From the NCBI RefSeq assembly GCF_963921235.1, contig NC_086109.1, positions 4,032,001 to 4,096,000 of the forward strand: a stretch of DNA of 64,000 nucleotides, read 5' to 3'. This DNA is from Mobula hypostoma. Lineage: Eukaryota. The notes under the pieces are model-generated. The model had not been told where the DNA came from. It made no database searches and saw only the letters and a list, made by a program, of their open reading frames with translations. Of this stretch, positions 12,184 to 24,669 are shown piece by piece. A program made the translations under genes and the position numbers. Within the stretch, counting starts at the first letter, position 1; every line of letters begins with the position of its first letter.

Positions 12184-14434
12184 AAACTCCTCGCAGCCGG
12201 CACCGAAGTTGAATAAATTCCCGACTTGTGAACCTGGCCTGCATTTTAAAAGCATCACGCTAAACGCGACCCTACAGTGGGGCGCTTTCTGCAGGAGACG
12301 AGCTACCAACACTGGCCCTATCACCGATGCCCACTGGCTACAGGTGAAATATAAGGAAAATATACGAGGCATCAAGCAATCTGTGAAAACGGAAAAATCG
12401 TTTCCGAATAAATATCAATTTCAAAATCTGGTCCACAATCAATTTATTTCATCTGCTTTTACTGTGCGGTACAATCAGCTCACAGCAACCCCTTCCCTCC
12501 GCTGAATTTTGAATCTGAAACTCTCTCCTGTGTGATTTATGCTCATTTTAAACTCATGAGGGATTAGTGTTGTAAACTCAAAAGCAATGAGGAGAAGGTG
12601 CTGTCAGAACCTCTGGCAAAGTGCGAATAGCCCGGCAAATCCTCACATAAACGGGCAAAGAGCCCCACCTAGAGGCCAAGGGGAGAAGTGTTCCCGCCGC
12701 GCAGGCTGCAGTTATCACCCACACTGATGTGGAATGTCATGTCAAGGTCAAAGTCAGCTTTATCGTCATCTGCACAAAAACACCCACGCACAGATGCAAT
12801 GAAAAACTTGCGGCAGCGTTCACGTGAAGAACATAAACACGAACAGATGCCGGAAATCTTGAGCAACACACGCAAAGTCCTGGAGGAGGACGTCGATTGC
12901 TCATTTCCCGACCAAGATGGTGCCTGACTTGGTGAGTTCTTCCAGCATTTTGTGTGCGTTTACAAGAAGCAACAGAATTAGAGAAAAAAAAATCCACTTG
13001 GGCAGTCAAGGTGTCCACAGTGTTTCTAAACGGTCGTGATCGGAGTCATGCTGGTTTGTTCAAGAACAGAGACGTGATGGGTGCCCACAATGCCCTGCTT
13101 GGGGTGGTGGTAAAGGTGCGTACATTAGGGAATTTTAAAAGATGTTTAGACAGGCACATGAAAGTGAGGAAAATGGAAGGAAATGAACTCACACCATCAG
13201 GTTCAGGAAGAGTTACAGCCCCTCAACCGTCAGGGGATAATAATTGAACCCAGTTTCACTTGCCACACCATTGAAATAGTTGAGCACCTTAGTTGGGCAG
13301 TCTTTCATTGATTCTGTTGTAGTTACCGCTATTATTCTATAGACTTATTGAGTATGCCCACAAGAAAATGATTCTCAGGGTTGTATATGGTGACCGATAT
13401 GTACTCTGATCATAAAATTTACTTTTGTGTAAACGGAATGGATTAGATTAGTTGGCCGTTTGATCACTAGTTTATCTGGTTCGTGGGCCGAAGGGCCTGT
13501 TCCTGCACTCTACCGTTCTACGTTCTATGCTGTAGGGAAGTAGCTGTTCATGGGCCTGCTGGTGTGGGACTTCAGGCTGCTGGGAGCCGCGGGAAAGGTT
13601 AAGGCTGCTGAAGGACACAAGTTTCAGACCTCAACGCTGGAACTCAGGAAAGAATAGTAAAGGCCAGACCGGCTTGCCTTTACCCAGGAACTACAGCCCC
13701 TGTGGCGTGTGGTTGCCGGAATATCAAATAGGATCATTCCTGGAAGCGCCGGTTTAAACCCCTTGCACACTTTGAAACGCAGAATGGACTTGTTTGAGCC
13801 TTCAAGCCGACTTAGCTGTAGAAGGAGAGATGACTATGTTTGTTTACTCTGTTCCCATAGCTCACTGAACGGCAGGCCTGTCTGCGGCAGAAAGATTCGG
13901 TTTCACAACGCGATCATGAAATATTAATTCGCATCACTTGCCGAAGCTTTTCATGATTAGATTCCCACAGTTTAGAGGTTTAAATTGCCAGCTCTCCGGA
14001 GTATAGGCAGGGAGCCCCAAGGAGGAAAGAGCTGACAAAAGGCATGGAATCCATTCATTAGGAGACGCACAGGGATAGGCTGCTGTTAAAGCGCTGCACT
14101 GATGTTTACAAGAAGCTTTCAGGAAGATTAAATTTACGTCCAATTTAGGAACTTGAATCACCAAGGCATAGAAAGCTTTCAACTTAATGTAAGTAATTAT
14201 GGACACAGTGGCTTCAGGAAACTATATAAACCTAATTCAACTAACTCCACAGACTTGTTTTACATTCTCCAAAGTTAAACAGGCGTTCTGATGGGTGCAG
14301 AGATCAGCATAGATGTTGTGGGCCTCCGTGACACACCTCTCTGACTGTGCAAACAGAAGAGCATAGGACATAGAAGCAGATTAGCTCAATCAGCCCATCG
14401 AGTCTGCTCCACTATTCCATCAGGACCGATACAT

Positions 14435-15652
14435 TGAGTTGACTTTATTTCTTACATCCATGAGGAGCAAAAATCTTTATGTTACGTCTCCATCTACATG
14501 TACCATGTGCAATCATAGTAATTTATAATAATTTATAATAAATAGAACAGTCAGTGTAATATAGAGTGCACTCAAATCAGCGTGGGCTTATCAGTCTGAT
14601 GGCCTGGTGGAAGAAGATGTCCCAGAACCTGTTGGTCCTGGCTTTTATGCTGTGGTACTATTTCCCGGATGGTAGCAGCTGGCATAGATTGTGGTTGGGA
14701 TGACTTGGGTCCCCAATGATCCTACGGGCCCTCTTTACACACCTGTCCTTGTAAATGTCCTGAATCATGGGAAGTTCACAACTACAGATGCGCTGGGCTG
14801 TCCGCACCACTCTCTGCAGAGTCCTGTGATTGAGGGAGATACAGTTCCCATACCAGGCAGTGATGCAGCCAGTCAGGATGTTCTCAGTTGTGCCCCTGTA
14901 GAAGGTTCTTAGGATTTGGGGACCTATACCAAACTTCCTCAACCGTCTGAGGTGAAAGAGGCGTTGTTGTGCCTTTTTCAGCATACAGATGGTGTGTACA
15001 GTCCACGTGAGATCCTCAGTGATGTGGATGCTTATGAATTTAAAGCTGTTTACCCTCTCAACCTCAGATCCATTGATGTCAATAGGGGTGAGCCTGTCTC
15101 CATTCCTCCTGTAATCCACAACCAGCTCCTTTGTTTTAGCGACATTGAGGGAGAGGTTGTTTTCTTGGCACCACTGTGTTAGAGAGATGACTTCTTCACT
15201 GTAGACCACCTTGTTTGAGATAAGGGCAATCAATATAGTGTCAAAGGCAAATTTAATTAGCAGATTGGAGCTGTGGGTGGCGATACAGTCATGGGCATAC
15301 GGGGAGTAAAGGAGGGGACTCAGTATGCAGCCCTGAGGGGCTCCTGTATAGAGAATCAGAGGGACAGAGGTGAGGGAGCCCACTCTTACCACCTGCCGGC
15401 GATCTGACAGGAAGTCCAAGATCCAGCTACACAAGGCAGGGTCAGGCCGAGGTCTCTGAGCTTCTTGTCGAGCCTGGAGGGAACTATGGTGTTGAATGCT
15501 GAACTGTAGTCCAAGAACAGCATTCTCACATAAGCATCCTTCCTCTCCCGATGTGTAAGGACGGTGTGTAGAACAACGGCTATTGCATCGTCTGTCGATT
15601 GGTTGTGTCGGTAGGCAAATTGTAGGGGGTCCAGTTTGGGTGGTAGCAAGCC
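14435..15652 (-). mobile_element. Rex/Babar LINE reverse transcriptase pseudogene (5'-truncated)
   Basis: [48 protein letters not shown] (decayed YADD box), ILTGCITAWYGN; frameshifted; nested in a CR1 fragment. Confidence 0.93.
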
Positions 15653-16320
15653 GCATCTTCTCACTGTAACCTCTGATGCCCTGACTAATTAAGAACTTCT
15701 GTTTTAAATATACCCAATAACTTGGCCTCCACCATTGTCTGTGGCAATGAATTCCAGATTCACCACCATCTGGCTAAAGAAACTCCTCCTCAGCTCTGTT
15801 CTAAATGAACAGCCCTCTATTCTGAGCCTGTGCCCTCTGGCCCTAGCCTTCCCCACTATAGGAAACATCCTCTCCATGTTCACTCAATCTAGGCCTTTCA
15901 ATAATCAGTAGGTTTCAATTAGATACCACCCCTCTGCCCCCATTCTTCGAAACTCCAAGGAGTACAGGCCCAGGGCCATCAAGTGCTCCTCATACAATAA
16001 CCCTTTCATTCTTCTGGCCTAGAGTAATGCCAGCACAAACCCAGTCTAACAAGGCCTGAACGCCCAGTTAAAGGGGAAGTGGCCTGTGACCCTGGTTAAG
16101 GGGGATGGGGACTGGTCCAATGGTTAATGGGGTGGTGGCTGGACAGCTGCCCATTTGAACCCTCTTTCCCTTACTTACACCCCTGATGTCTCTGGTGCTG
16201 GGGCAGGAGTGGGACACTTGGCTCCTCTGTCTGACTCAGACTCGACTCTCCACAGCTGCCCAGCCGTGCCCTAGGCTTCCCACCCCTCCTCCCCTGCTGG
16301 TTCCAGTGATGGGAGTACAT

Positions 16321-16726
16321 CGTCGTGGCTATCCCTTGAGGTCGAGGATGATGGTCTTCGTTCCGTACAGAGCGAAGATGCCTGTGCGTGTATTTGTTTA
16401 ACGTGTACTTGATGCTGCACTCCAAGAAGCACGCGATACTTCACAAAACAACCAACTGATTCCAAAGGCACGGAAACCACGACAACTGGAGCTGATGGAT
16501 TTGTTGCAGCCTTCATCCGCCTTCACAGCCATTGAGTTCGAAGTAACTTCGTCTGCCTGTTCCACCGTTGAGGTCTTGGTTGGATTGTTCTTTGTCAGGG
16601 ACCTCACCCTCGACCTTACCGCCATGGGTGACCCTCCCAGGAGCATGGCTCCAGACGGCATCGCTCTCGGGATCTCAGGACCACACAAGCTTCTCCACCA
16701 CGACAAGGTGACAGTCCACAGAGAAG
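16321..16726 (-). mobile_element. Non-autonomous bipartite RTE derivative (5' UTR joined to 3' end)
   Basis: 13-bp TSD gatgggagtacat at 16308-16320 and 16727-16739; head resembles RTE/Expander 5' UTR (caccttgtcgtggtggag...agggtcacccatggc); ends ggatagccacgacg. Confidence 0.75.
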
Positions 16727-17289
16727 GATGGGAGTACATAACACGCGGCCAATTCCCCACCTTCCCCCTACCCGCACACTTGTATCTGTCTCACTGCAGG
16801 GTGTAGTCACAGAGTAACTGAGTACTTCAGAACAGAACTAGGCCATATCATACTTATACTCTGCCTAATCCCTTCGACCTTCACCCTCCACAGCCCCCCA
16901 CATCCCTCCCATCCATGTATCTATCCAAACTTCTCTTAAACATTGAAATCAAACCCACATGCACCACTTCCAGTGGCAGCTTGTTCCACACTCTCACCAC
17001 CCTCTCAGTGAAGAGGTTCCCCTCAGGTACGGCTTAAATAGTTCACCTTTCACCCTTAACTCATAACCTCAAGTTCTAGTCCCACTCAACTTCAGTGGAA
17101 AAAGCCGTCTTTCACTATCCTATCTATAGCCCTCTTATTTTTGTATACTTCAAACTTCTCTCTCTCCCTCTCGCTCCCCCTTTTCTCCCTCCCTCCTTCC
17201 CTCTTTCCTTCCTACTCCCTCCCTCCTTCCTGAATACAAACTGCTATACTCTATATTTCCACATGGGGGTGCAAGTGTACCATGGATCC

Positions 17290-17555
17290 CTTGCTGGGCA
17301 GCACTGGACTTCAGCAGCCATCACATCCCGTCTGAACATCTCTGGACTCCATTTCCCAGCTGAACATCACTGGACATTACTGTACATCACATCCAGCTGG
17401 ACATCACTGTCTATTACAACCTGCCTGGATATTGCTGGACACCACTTCCAGCTGGACATCACAGCACTGTACATTACAACCTGCCTGGACATTACCGGAC
17501 ACCACATCTCAGCTGAACATCTCTGGACTTTACTGGACCTCACGTCCTGGCTGTT
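17290..17555. repeat. Degenerate tandem repeat (ctggacat...acatccag-like units)
   Basis: ctggaca(t/c) recurs every ~10-30 bp, with repeated attacaacctgcctgga. Confidence 0.6.
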
Positions 17556-17575
17556 ATGATCTGTAAGATGAACCT

Positions 17576-18038
17576 TTGGAAAGGGTACGGAGGAGATTTA
17601 CCAGGATGCTGCCTGGTTTAAAGAGTATGGATTATGATCAGAGATTAAGGGAGCTAGGGCTTTACTCTTTGGAGAGGAGGAGGATGAGAGGAGACATGAT
17701 AGAGGTGTACAAGATAATAAGGGGAACAGATGGAGTGGATAGCCAGCACCTCTTCCCCAGGGCACCACTGCTCAATACAAGAGGACATGGCTTTAAGGTA
17801 AGGGGTGGGAAGTTCAAGGGGGATATTAGAGGAAGGTTTTTCACTCAGAGAGTGGTTGGTGCGTGGAATGCACTGCCTGAGTCAGTGGTGGAGGCAGATA
17901 CACTGGTGAAATTTAAGAGACTACTAGACAGGTATATGGAGGAATTTAAAGTGGGGGCTTATATGGGAGGATGGGTTTGAGGGTCGGCACAACATTGTGG
18001 GCCGAAGGGCCTGTACTGTGCTGTACTATTCTATGTCT
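17576..18038 (+). mobile_element. Young CR1 3' end (ORF2 C-terminus + 3' UTR)
   Basis: Open 134-aa ERVRRRFTRMLPGL...RFFTQRVVGAWNALPESVVEA; 3' gggccgaagggcctgtactgtgctgta. Confidence 0.92.
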
Positions 18039-18689
18039 ACGTCTTTGCCTGAGTTTATGGTGTAGATGACAGCCATCAAGAGAGCCCATAGTGGCTGCAG
18101 TCTTGAGCAAGGATGGCAACTGTGCCGTGTCCATCTCCTGAGGCTTACTGTGGCAAAGGGTTTCCCTCCGACAATTTTCCTTCTTCTGGTGGAGACAAGA
18201 TCCCTGGGGAATTTATGGAGGCTGGGGAAGAACAAGGGATGGACACTGGAAGGCTCTGGCTGGGAGTTGTGGTGGGAAGGGTGGTAGGAGGATGGGATTG
18301 ATGGCTCATGCTCTAGCTGGGACCTGTCTCTGATCTGCGGCAGAGTTCTGGAGCTGGACAAGGTACAGTGTGATTCCACAGTGAGTGGCCAGATGTGTCC
18401 AGCCCACCGGCTGCTGCTGACACACCCAATATCCAAGCAGGGCCAGTGACAACATTATCACATGGAACATGCCACATGAACTAGCAAATTGGCTTATTGT
18501 TGTCACGTGTACACCGTGCGGTGAAAGGCCGAACATACGTCAAATCATCGCCGCAGTGCTGAGGTAAGTCAAGCTCTTCCTGAGGTCGGTGACCGGCTCC
18601 TTTGTTTTACTGACACGGATTGTTGTCATGGTACCTTCTCACCCCACACACAGACGCCTGACGCCTGAGAACCTGCCAGGTTTCCAATA

Positions 18690-19330
18690 CATGACAGCAC
18701 TCGAATCAGGTCGAACAGCACAGGCATACGTCAGGAAATCAGATGTTAAACAGCAGCAGTACATAACAATAAAAACTGTAAATTACAGTATGATGTATAT
18801 TTGTATTTAAAAAGTTAAATTAAATGTAGTGCAGAAAGAGAGAAAATAAAGTAGCGATTGTTTCCTGGCTTCAACGTCCATTCAGAAATATGACGGTGGA
18901 AGGAAAGGAGCTGTTGCAGAATTGTTGAGTGTTTCCTTTAGGGTCCTGTACCTCCTCCCTGATGGCAGTAACGAGAAGAGAGATGGTGATGAGGGTCGCC
19001 ACCTTTGTGAGGCATCGCTCCTTGAAGATGCCCTCGATGCTGGGGAGCCCAGTGCCCATGATGGAGCTGGCTGAGTTCACAACTTTCTTCAACTTGGTGC
19101 AGTGCCCGCTCACCCGATTCCAGATGATGATGCAGCCAATTAGAATGCTCTCCAAAGTACCTCTGTAGAAACTGGCGAGAAACCTCAAACTCCGATTGAA
19201 ATATAGCTGTTGTCATGCCTTCGATGTGACTGTATCAATGTGCTGGGCCCAGCATAGTTCCTCAGCGATGCTGATGCCAAGCAACTTGAAACTGCCCACT
19301 TGTTTCAATTCTGATCCTTCAGTGAGGACG
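18690..19330 (-). mobile_element. Degenerate Rex/Babar LINE 3' fragment
   Basis: FYRGTLESILIGCIIIW motif. Confidence 0.75.
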
Positions 19331-19483
19331 GGGAAGAAGCAGACAGCGCAGGGGAATCAGCCACAAGCTCTGCTGTGAACTGTGTCCGGATTAATCCGTG
19401 CTCACTGTCCCGTGAACCAAGCCCTATTAATCTGAGCTCCCTGTCGTGCATGGACAAAGCCAGGAGGAATATCAATAGAGTGC

Positions 19484-20200
19484 AGACATGTCTCATGGGG
19501 TCTACAGGGCACGGGGGGAGCTAGGTATCACAGCGGAGACGTGTCTCGTCGTGTGCGCAGGGCACGGGGGGAGCTGGGTATCACGGCGGAGACGTGTCTC
19601 GGCGTGTGCGCAGGGCACGGGGGGAGCTGGGTATCACGGCGGAGACGTGTCTCGGTGTGCGCGCAGGGCACGGGGGGAGCTGGGTATCACAGCGGAGACG
19701 TGTCTCGGCGTGTGCGCAGGGCACGGGGGGAGCTGGGTATCACAGCGGAGACGTGTCTCGGTGTGCGCGCAGGGCACGGGGGGAGCTGGGTATCACAGCG
19801 GAGACGTGTCTCGGCGTGTGCGCAGGGCACGGGGGGAGCTGGGTATCACAGCGGAGACGTGTCTCGGCGTGTGCGCAGGGCACGGGGGGAGCTGGGTACC
19901 ACAGCGGAGACGTGTCTAGGCGTGTGCGCAGGAGACGGGGGAGCTGGGTATCACAGCGGAGACGTGTCTCGGCGTGTGCGCAGGGCACGGGGGGAGCTGG
20001 GTACCACAGCGGAGACGTGTCTAGGCGTGTGCGCAGGAGACGGGGGAGCTGGGTATCACAGCGGAGACGTGTCTCGGCGTGTGCGCAGGAGACGAGGGGA
20101 GCTGGGTATCACAGCGGAGACGTGTCTCAGGGTGTGAACAGGACACGGAGAGGTGGGTATCACAGCGGAGACGTGTCTCAGGGTGTGTACAGGACACAGG
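19484..20200. repeat. GC/CpG-rich 53-bp minisatellite (~13 copies)
   Basis: Unit gggcacggggggagctgggtatcacagcggagacgtgtctcggcgtgtgcgca, with shorter variants toward the 3' end. Confidence 0.97.
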
Positions 20201-20941
20201 GGGACCCAGGCATTACGGATTCTGAGAGATTCACTTGCCTGAAGAAAAAAACAAAGGGCAACTTTATTAATAGCTCATCATTTCAAATATTCTTCCCCCA
20301 TAGTCGATGATATTTCATTCACATAGTTTTGTGAAACAGAAAGTGGAGAGCGTTTCTCCGCCAGAAGGTTTATCATGATGTTCAGGTAGAACTGACCAAT
20401 AGTCACCCATCCATAACCATCCCACCTCCCATAACTTAGTCCACACCCTCTGAATCTGAGTGCTCTCAGTGCTTGTCCAGATGTCTGTTATTCACTTCTC
20501 TCTGGCTGAAGAAAGTCCCCCTCAGATCCCATCTGATTCTCTTCCCCCTAACCCTAAACCTGTGTCTCCCAGCTTTGTTCAGTTCCGATATGTGGACGTT
20601 TCCTACTAAATGTCTTCTGATCATTCATAGCCCTCCATTACATTCAAAACTCAAAATTGTTTATTGTCACTTCCAGTGCACAAGTGTCCTCCAGGAGGAC
20701 CACAAACTTGTTGTCGGGTTTGGAGGCTTGCGTGCCTCAGTGACCTGGAGAGATGTGTTGGCTGGAGCCAGGGCATTGTACTGTGGCTGTTGGAAGGGTC
20801 ACCCATGCCAAACAGTTCGAAGGGTAGAGGTCAGGCTGAGTGGTTCACCGGTCCTCCAGTTTCAGAGCTCCAGCTCAGGGCTAGCAACCCTGACTGGTCA
20901 AAAAATAATTGTTATGGAAACAGCACTGAAGAATCCTTTTA

Positions 20942-22845
20942 TAAGACCATAAGATACAGGAGCAGAAGTAGGCCATTCAGCACAGCAAGCCTTCTCCACC
21001 ATTCAATCATGGGCTGATCCAATTCTTCCAGTCATCCCCACTCCCCCGCTTTTACCCCCATTGATGCCCTGGCTAATCAAGAACCTATCTATCTCTGCCT
21101 TAAATACACCCAATGACTTGGCCTCCACAGCCGCTCATGGCAACAAATTCCACAGAATTCATCTGACTAAAGTAATTTCTCTACATAGCAATTCTAAAAG
21201 GACGTCCTTCAATCCTGAAGACGTGCCCTTTTGTCCTAGACTCCCCCACCATGAGAATTAACTTTGCCATATCTAAGCTGTTCAGGCCTTTTAACATTTG
21301 GATTGTTTCTATGAAATCCCCCCTTATTCTCCTGAACTCCAGGGAATACAGCCCAAGAGCTGCCAGATGTTTCTCATATGGTAACCCTTTCATTCCTGGA
21401 ATCATTCTCGTGAATCTTCTCAGAACCCTCTCCAACCTCAGTATATCCTTTCTAAAATAAGGAGCCCAAAACTGCACACAATACTCCAAGTGTGGTCTCA
21501 CAAGTGCCTTATAGAGCCTCAACATCACATCCCTGCTCTTATATTCTATACCTCTAGAAATGAATGACAACATTGCATTTGCCTTCTTCACCACCGACTC
21601 AACCTGGAGGTTAACCTTTAGGGTGTCCTGCACAAGGACTCCCACGTCCCTTTGCATCTCTGTGTTTTGAATTCTCTCCCCATCTAAATAATAGTCTGCC
21701 TGTTTATTTCTTTCACCAAAGTGCTTGACCATACACTTTCCAACATTGTATTTCATTTGCCACTTCTTTGCCCATTTCTGTAAACTATCTAAGTCTCTCT
21801 GCAGGCTCTCTGTTTCCTCAACACTACCCGCTCCTCCACCTATCTTTGTATCATCAGCAAATTTAGCCACAAATCCATTAATACCCTAGTCCAAATCAGT
21901 GACATACATCGTAAAAAGCAACAGTCCCTACACCAACCCCTGTGGAACTCCACTGGTAACCGGCAGCCAGCCAAAATAGGATCCTTTTATTCCCACTCTG
22001 TTTTCTGCCGACCAGCCAATGCTCCATCCACGTGAGTAACTTCCCTGTAATTCCACTTTTCTCGCTAAGCAGCCTCATGTGTGGCACCTTCTCAAAGGCC
22101 TTCTGAAAATCCAGGTATACCACGTCTACTGCATCTCCTTTGTCTACCCTGCTTGTAATTTCCTCAAAGAATTGCAGTAGGTTTGTCAGCAGGATTTTTC
22201 TTTCAGGAAACCATGCTGGCTTTGGCCTTCTTGTCATGTGCCTCCAGTTACCCCGTAATCTCATTCCTGACTATTGATTCCAACAACTTTCCAATCACTG
22301 ATATCAGGCTAACAGGTCTATAAGCTTTCTTTCTGCTGCCTCCCACCCTTCTTAAATAGCAGAGTGCTATTTGCAATTTTCCACTCATCCGGTACAACGC
22401 CAGAATCTATCGATTATTGAAAGATCATCGTTAATGCCTCTGCAATCTCTCCAGCTACTTCCTTCAGAACCCGAGGGTGCATTCCATCAGGTCCAGGATA
22501 TTTATCCACCCTGACGCCACTAAGCATTCTGAGCACCTTCTCAGTCGTAATTTTAACTGCACAAACTTCATTTCCCTGACACTCTTGAATATCCGGTATA
22601 CTGCAGGCGTCTTCCACTGTGAAGACTGACACAAAATACACATTCAGTTCCTCTGCCATTTCTGAATCTCTCAAAACAGTATCTCCAACGTCATTTTGTA
22701 TTGGTCCTATATCTATCCTTGACTCTCTTTTGCCCTTTATGTACTTAAAAAAGCTTTTAGTATCTTCTTTGATACTAGTCGCCAGCTTCCTTGCATAATT
22801 CATCTTTTCCTTCCGAATGGCCTTCTGCAAGTTTTTAAAAGCTCC
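20942..22845 (-). mobile_element. CR1 LINE ORF2 pseudogene (RT and C-terminus)
   Basis: PGPDGMHPRVLKE, VDVVYLDFQKAF, KFADDTKIGG, LYKALVRPHLEYCVQFW across frameshifted ORFs. Confidence 0.95.
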
Positions 22846-24669
22846 CGGAGTGCAATGGCATTCCTGAGTGTCCATTGGAGCTTCCATGAGTGACAGTAAC
22901 AAAAACCAAGAGGAAGCTACTGGCATGAGGAAGGAAGTTCTGAACACCACCAGATATGAAGGACCTTCATTGCTGCCCTAAATTCCAGCAGCGTAACAGG
23001 CAAAAGAAAAGGCATGAATGTGACTGAAATAATTGCTACTCCAGATCCGATGCAGCACCAAAAAAAAGGATAAAGAACACAACCATTTTTTTAAAAAAAA
23101 CATGATAAAAATGCATCGGTTGATTGTATGTCCATAAAGTGACGCTCAGCACAGGAGTGTCTGTACATAAGGAAATGACCTAGAGGAATTGTAGTGGGGG
23201 TTGTGGAGGGGTGGGTGAGTGGGTGGAGGTGCTGATCAGCCTTACTGCTTGGGAAAAGGAACTGAGTTTGAGTCTGATGTTCCTGGTGTGGATGCTACGC
23301 AGCCTCCTCCCTGAGACTGCGTGGGAGTGTTTGTAGTGTGGAAAGCCATTGCACTGGGACGGTTCCACTCACTCGGCCTTGGACGTCTGGGTGCAGTGGT
23401 ATGAGTAATCGTCACAAACTGGGGTCTTCCTCGGACGCAGCGACGGTACCTTCTATGCATCATCAAGCCCTTCGCTCCCCACAAAGTGTTGCAGAGCCGC
23501 CTCCCTGGGGCTGATGCATCTCGTCCACCTGGTCTGCCAGAGCTGACTTTACATGCTAGGACGGACATCTCCCTTTCTCCCCAGGTACAAGACCCACCAG
23601 CTACCCTCTCCTGGTTCAGCCTGCTGAACTCAGGTGTGCAAACAGCTACTTGGAGCCACAGGTGAGAGCTGGTCAGGCAGTAATCAGCAACGAACAAACC
23701 TGATGAGGGTGTCCCCCTTTTGAGACACATCCGTCTACAACCACTGCCTCCCATGTGTGGGAAGGGCCAAGGCTGATGAGACAGTGCTCGCCCTGTGAAA
23801 CTGCACAGAGAAATTTCTGACCTTTACCGCTGACAATCACCTGTACAGGAAGAACCGTCAAAGTCCGCAGGCTTTGTTTCCTCGGAGCGAAGCCAGGCTA
23901 AACATCGGAAAATCAGGTCAACGTGGGCAGGACACAATCCGCAGAGGTGCTGTAATTCATCAGAGACTCTGCCAGTAGAGTGTCTGTTTCCTTCTCATTG
24001 TTTGTCACAGGGGTCAGTCAGGAACGTTGTGAGCACTGTTTATTGGGAAGAGGAATTAATTTGATTCTGGGTGCATGGATTCATAGAGTCATACTGTGTG
24101 GAAACAACTCCTTCAGCCTAACCTGACCACGCAGGCCACAAAACCTCATTTGTAGCCTTTCCACGGTCTTGGCATCCTTTGTATAATGGTCAACATCAAA
24201 TTTATTATCGAAATCTATATAATGACTCCATATACAGCCCTGAGATTCATTTTTTGCGGGCAGGAAAACAAACAATTTCTGAAAGACTATACAGAACTAG
24301 GGACTGAGAAACAACCAATATAAGAAAGATGGCAAATTGTACAAATAAATAAATAAGTTCTGTATATCAAAACCAGAATCAGGTTTAATATCAACGGCAT
24401 GTCGTGCAGTTTCAAACAGGAGAAGATCTGCAGATGCTGGAGATCCAACTAACACACATAATGCCTGGTGAAGGGTCTCGGCCCAAAACCTCTTTTCCAT
24501 AGATGCTCTCAAAATGCTGGTGAACGCAGCTGACCAGGCAGCATCTATAGGAAGAGGTACAGTCGACGTTTCGGGCCGAGAATGCTAACAATCCAGGTCA
24601 AAGAAGTATCAGCTGCGACCAGGACTTGGCTGAAGGCACCAACTGTGGCTGAGGAAGCACCAGTTTTGA

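Noticed and set aside
19488..20310. Three overlapping repetitive ORFs (143-238 aa)
   Set aside because: Stop-free 53-bp minisatellite read in rotating frames; no splice or domain evidence
23371..23455. Possible - strand exon ending at a gtgagt donor
   Set aside because: No polypyrimidine acceptor; flanked by repeats; peptide unrecognised
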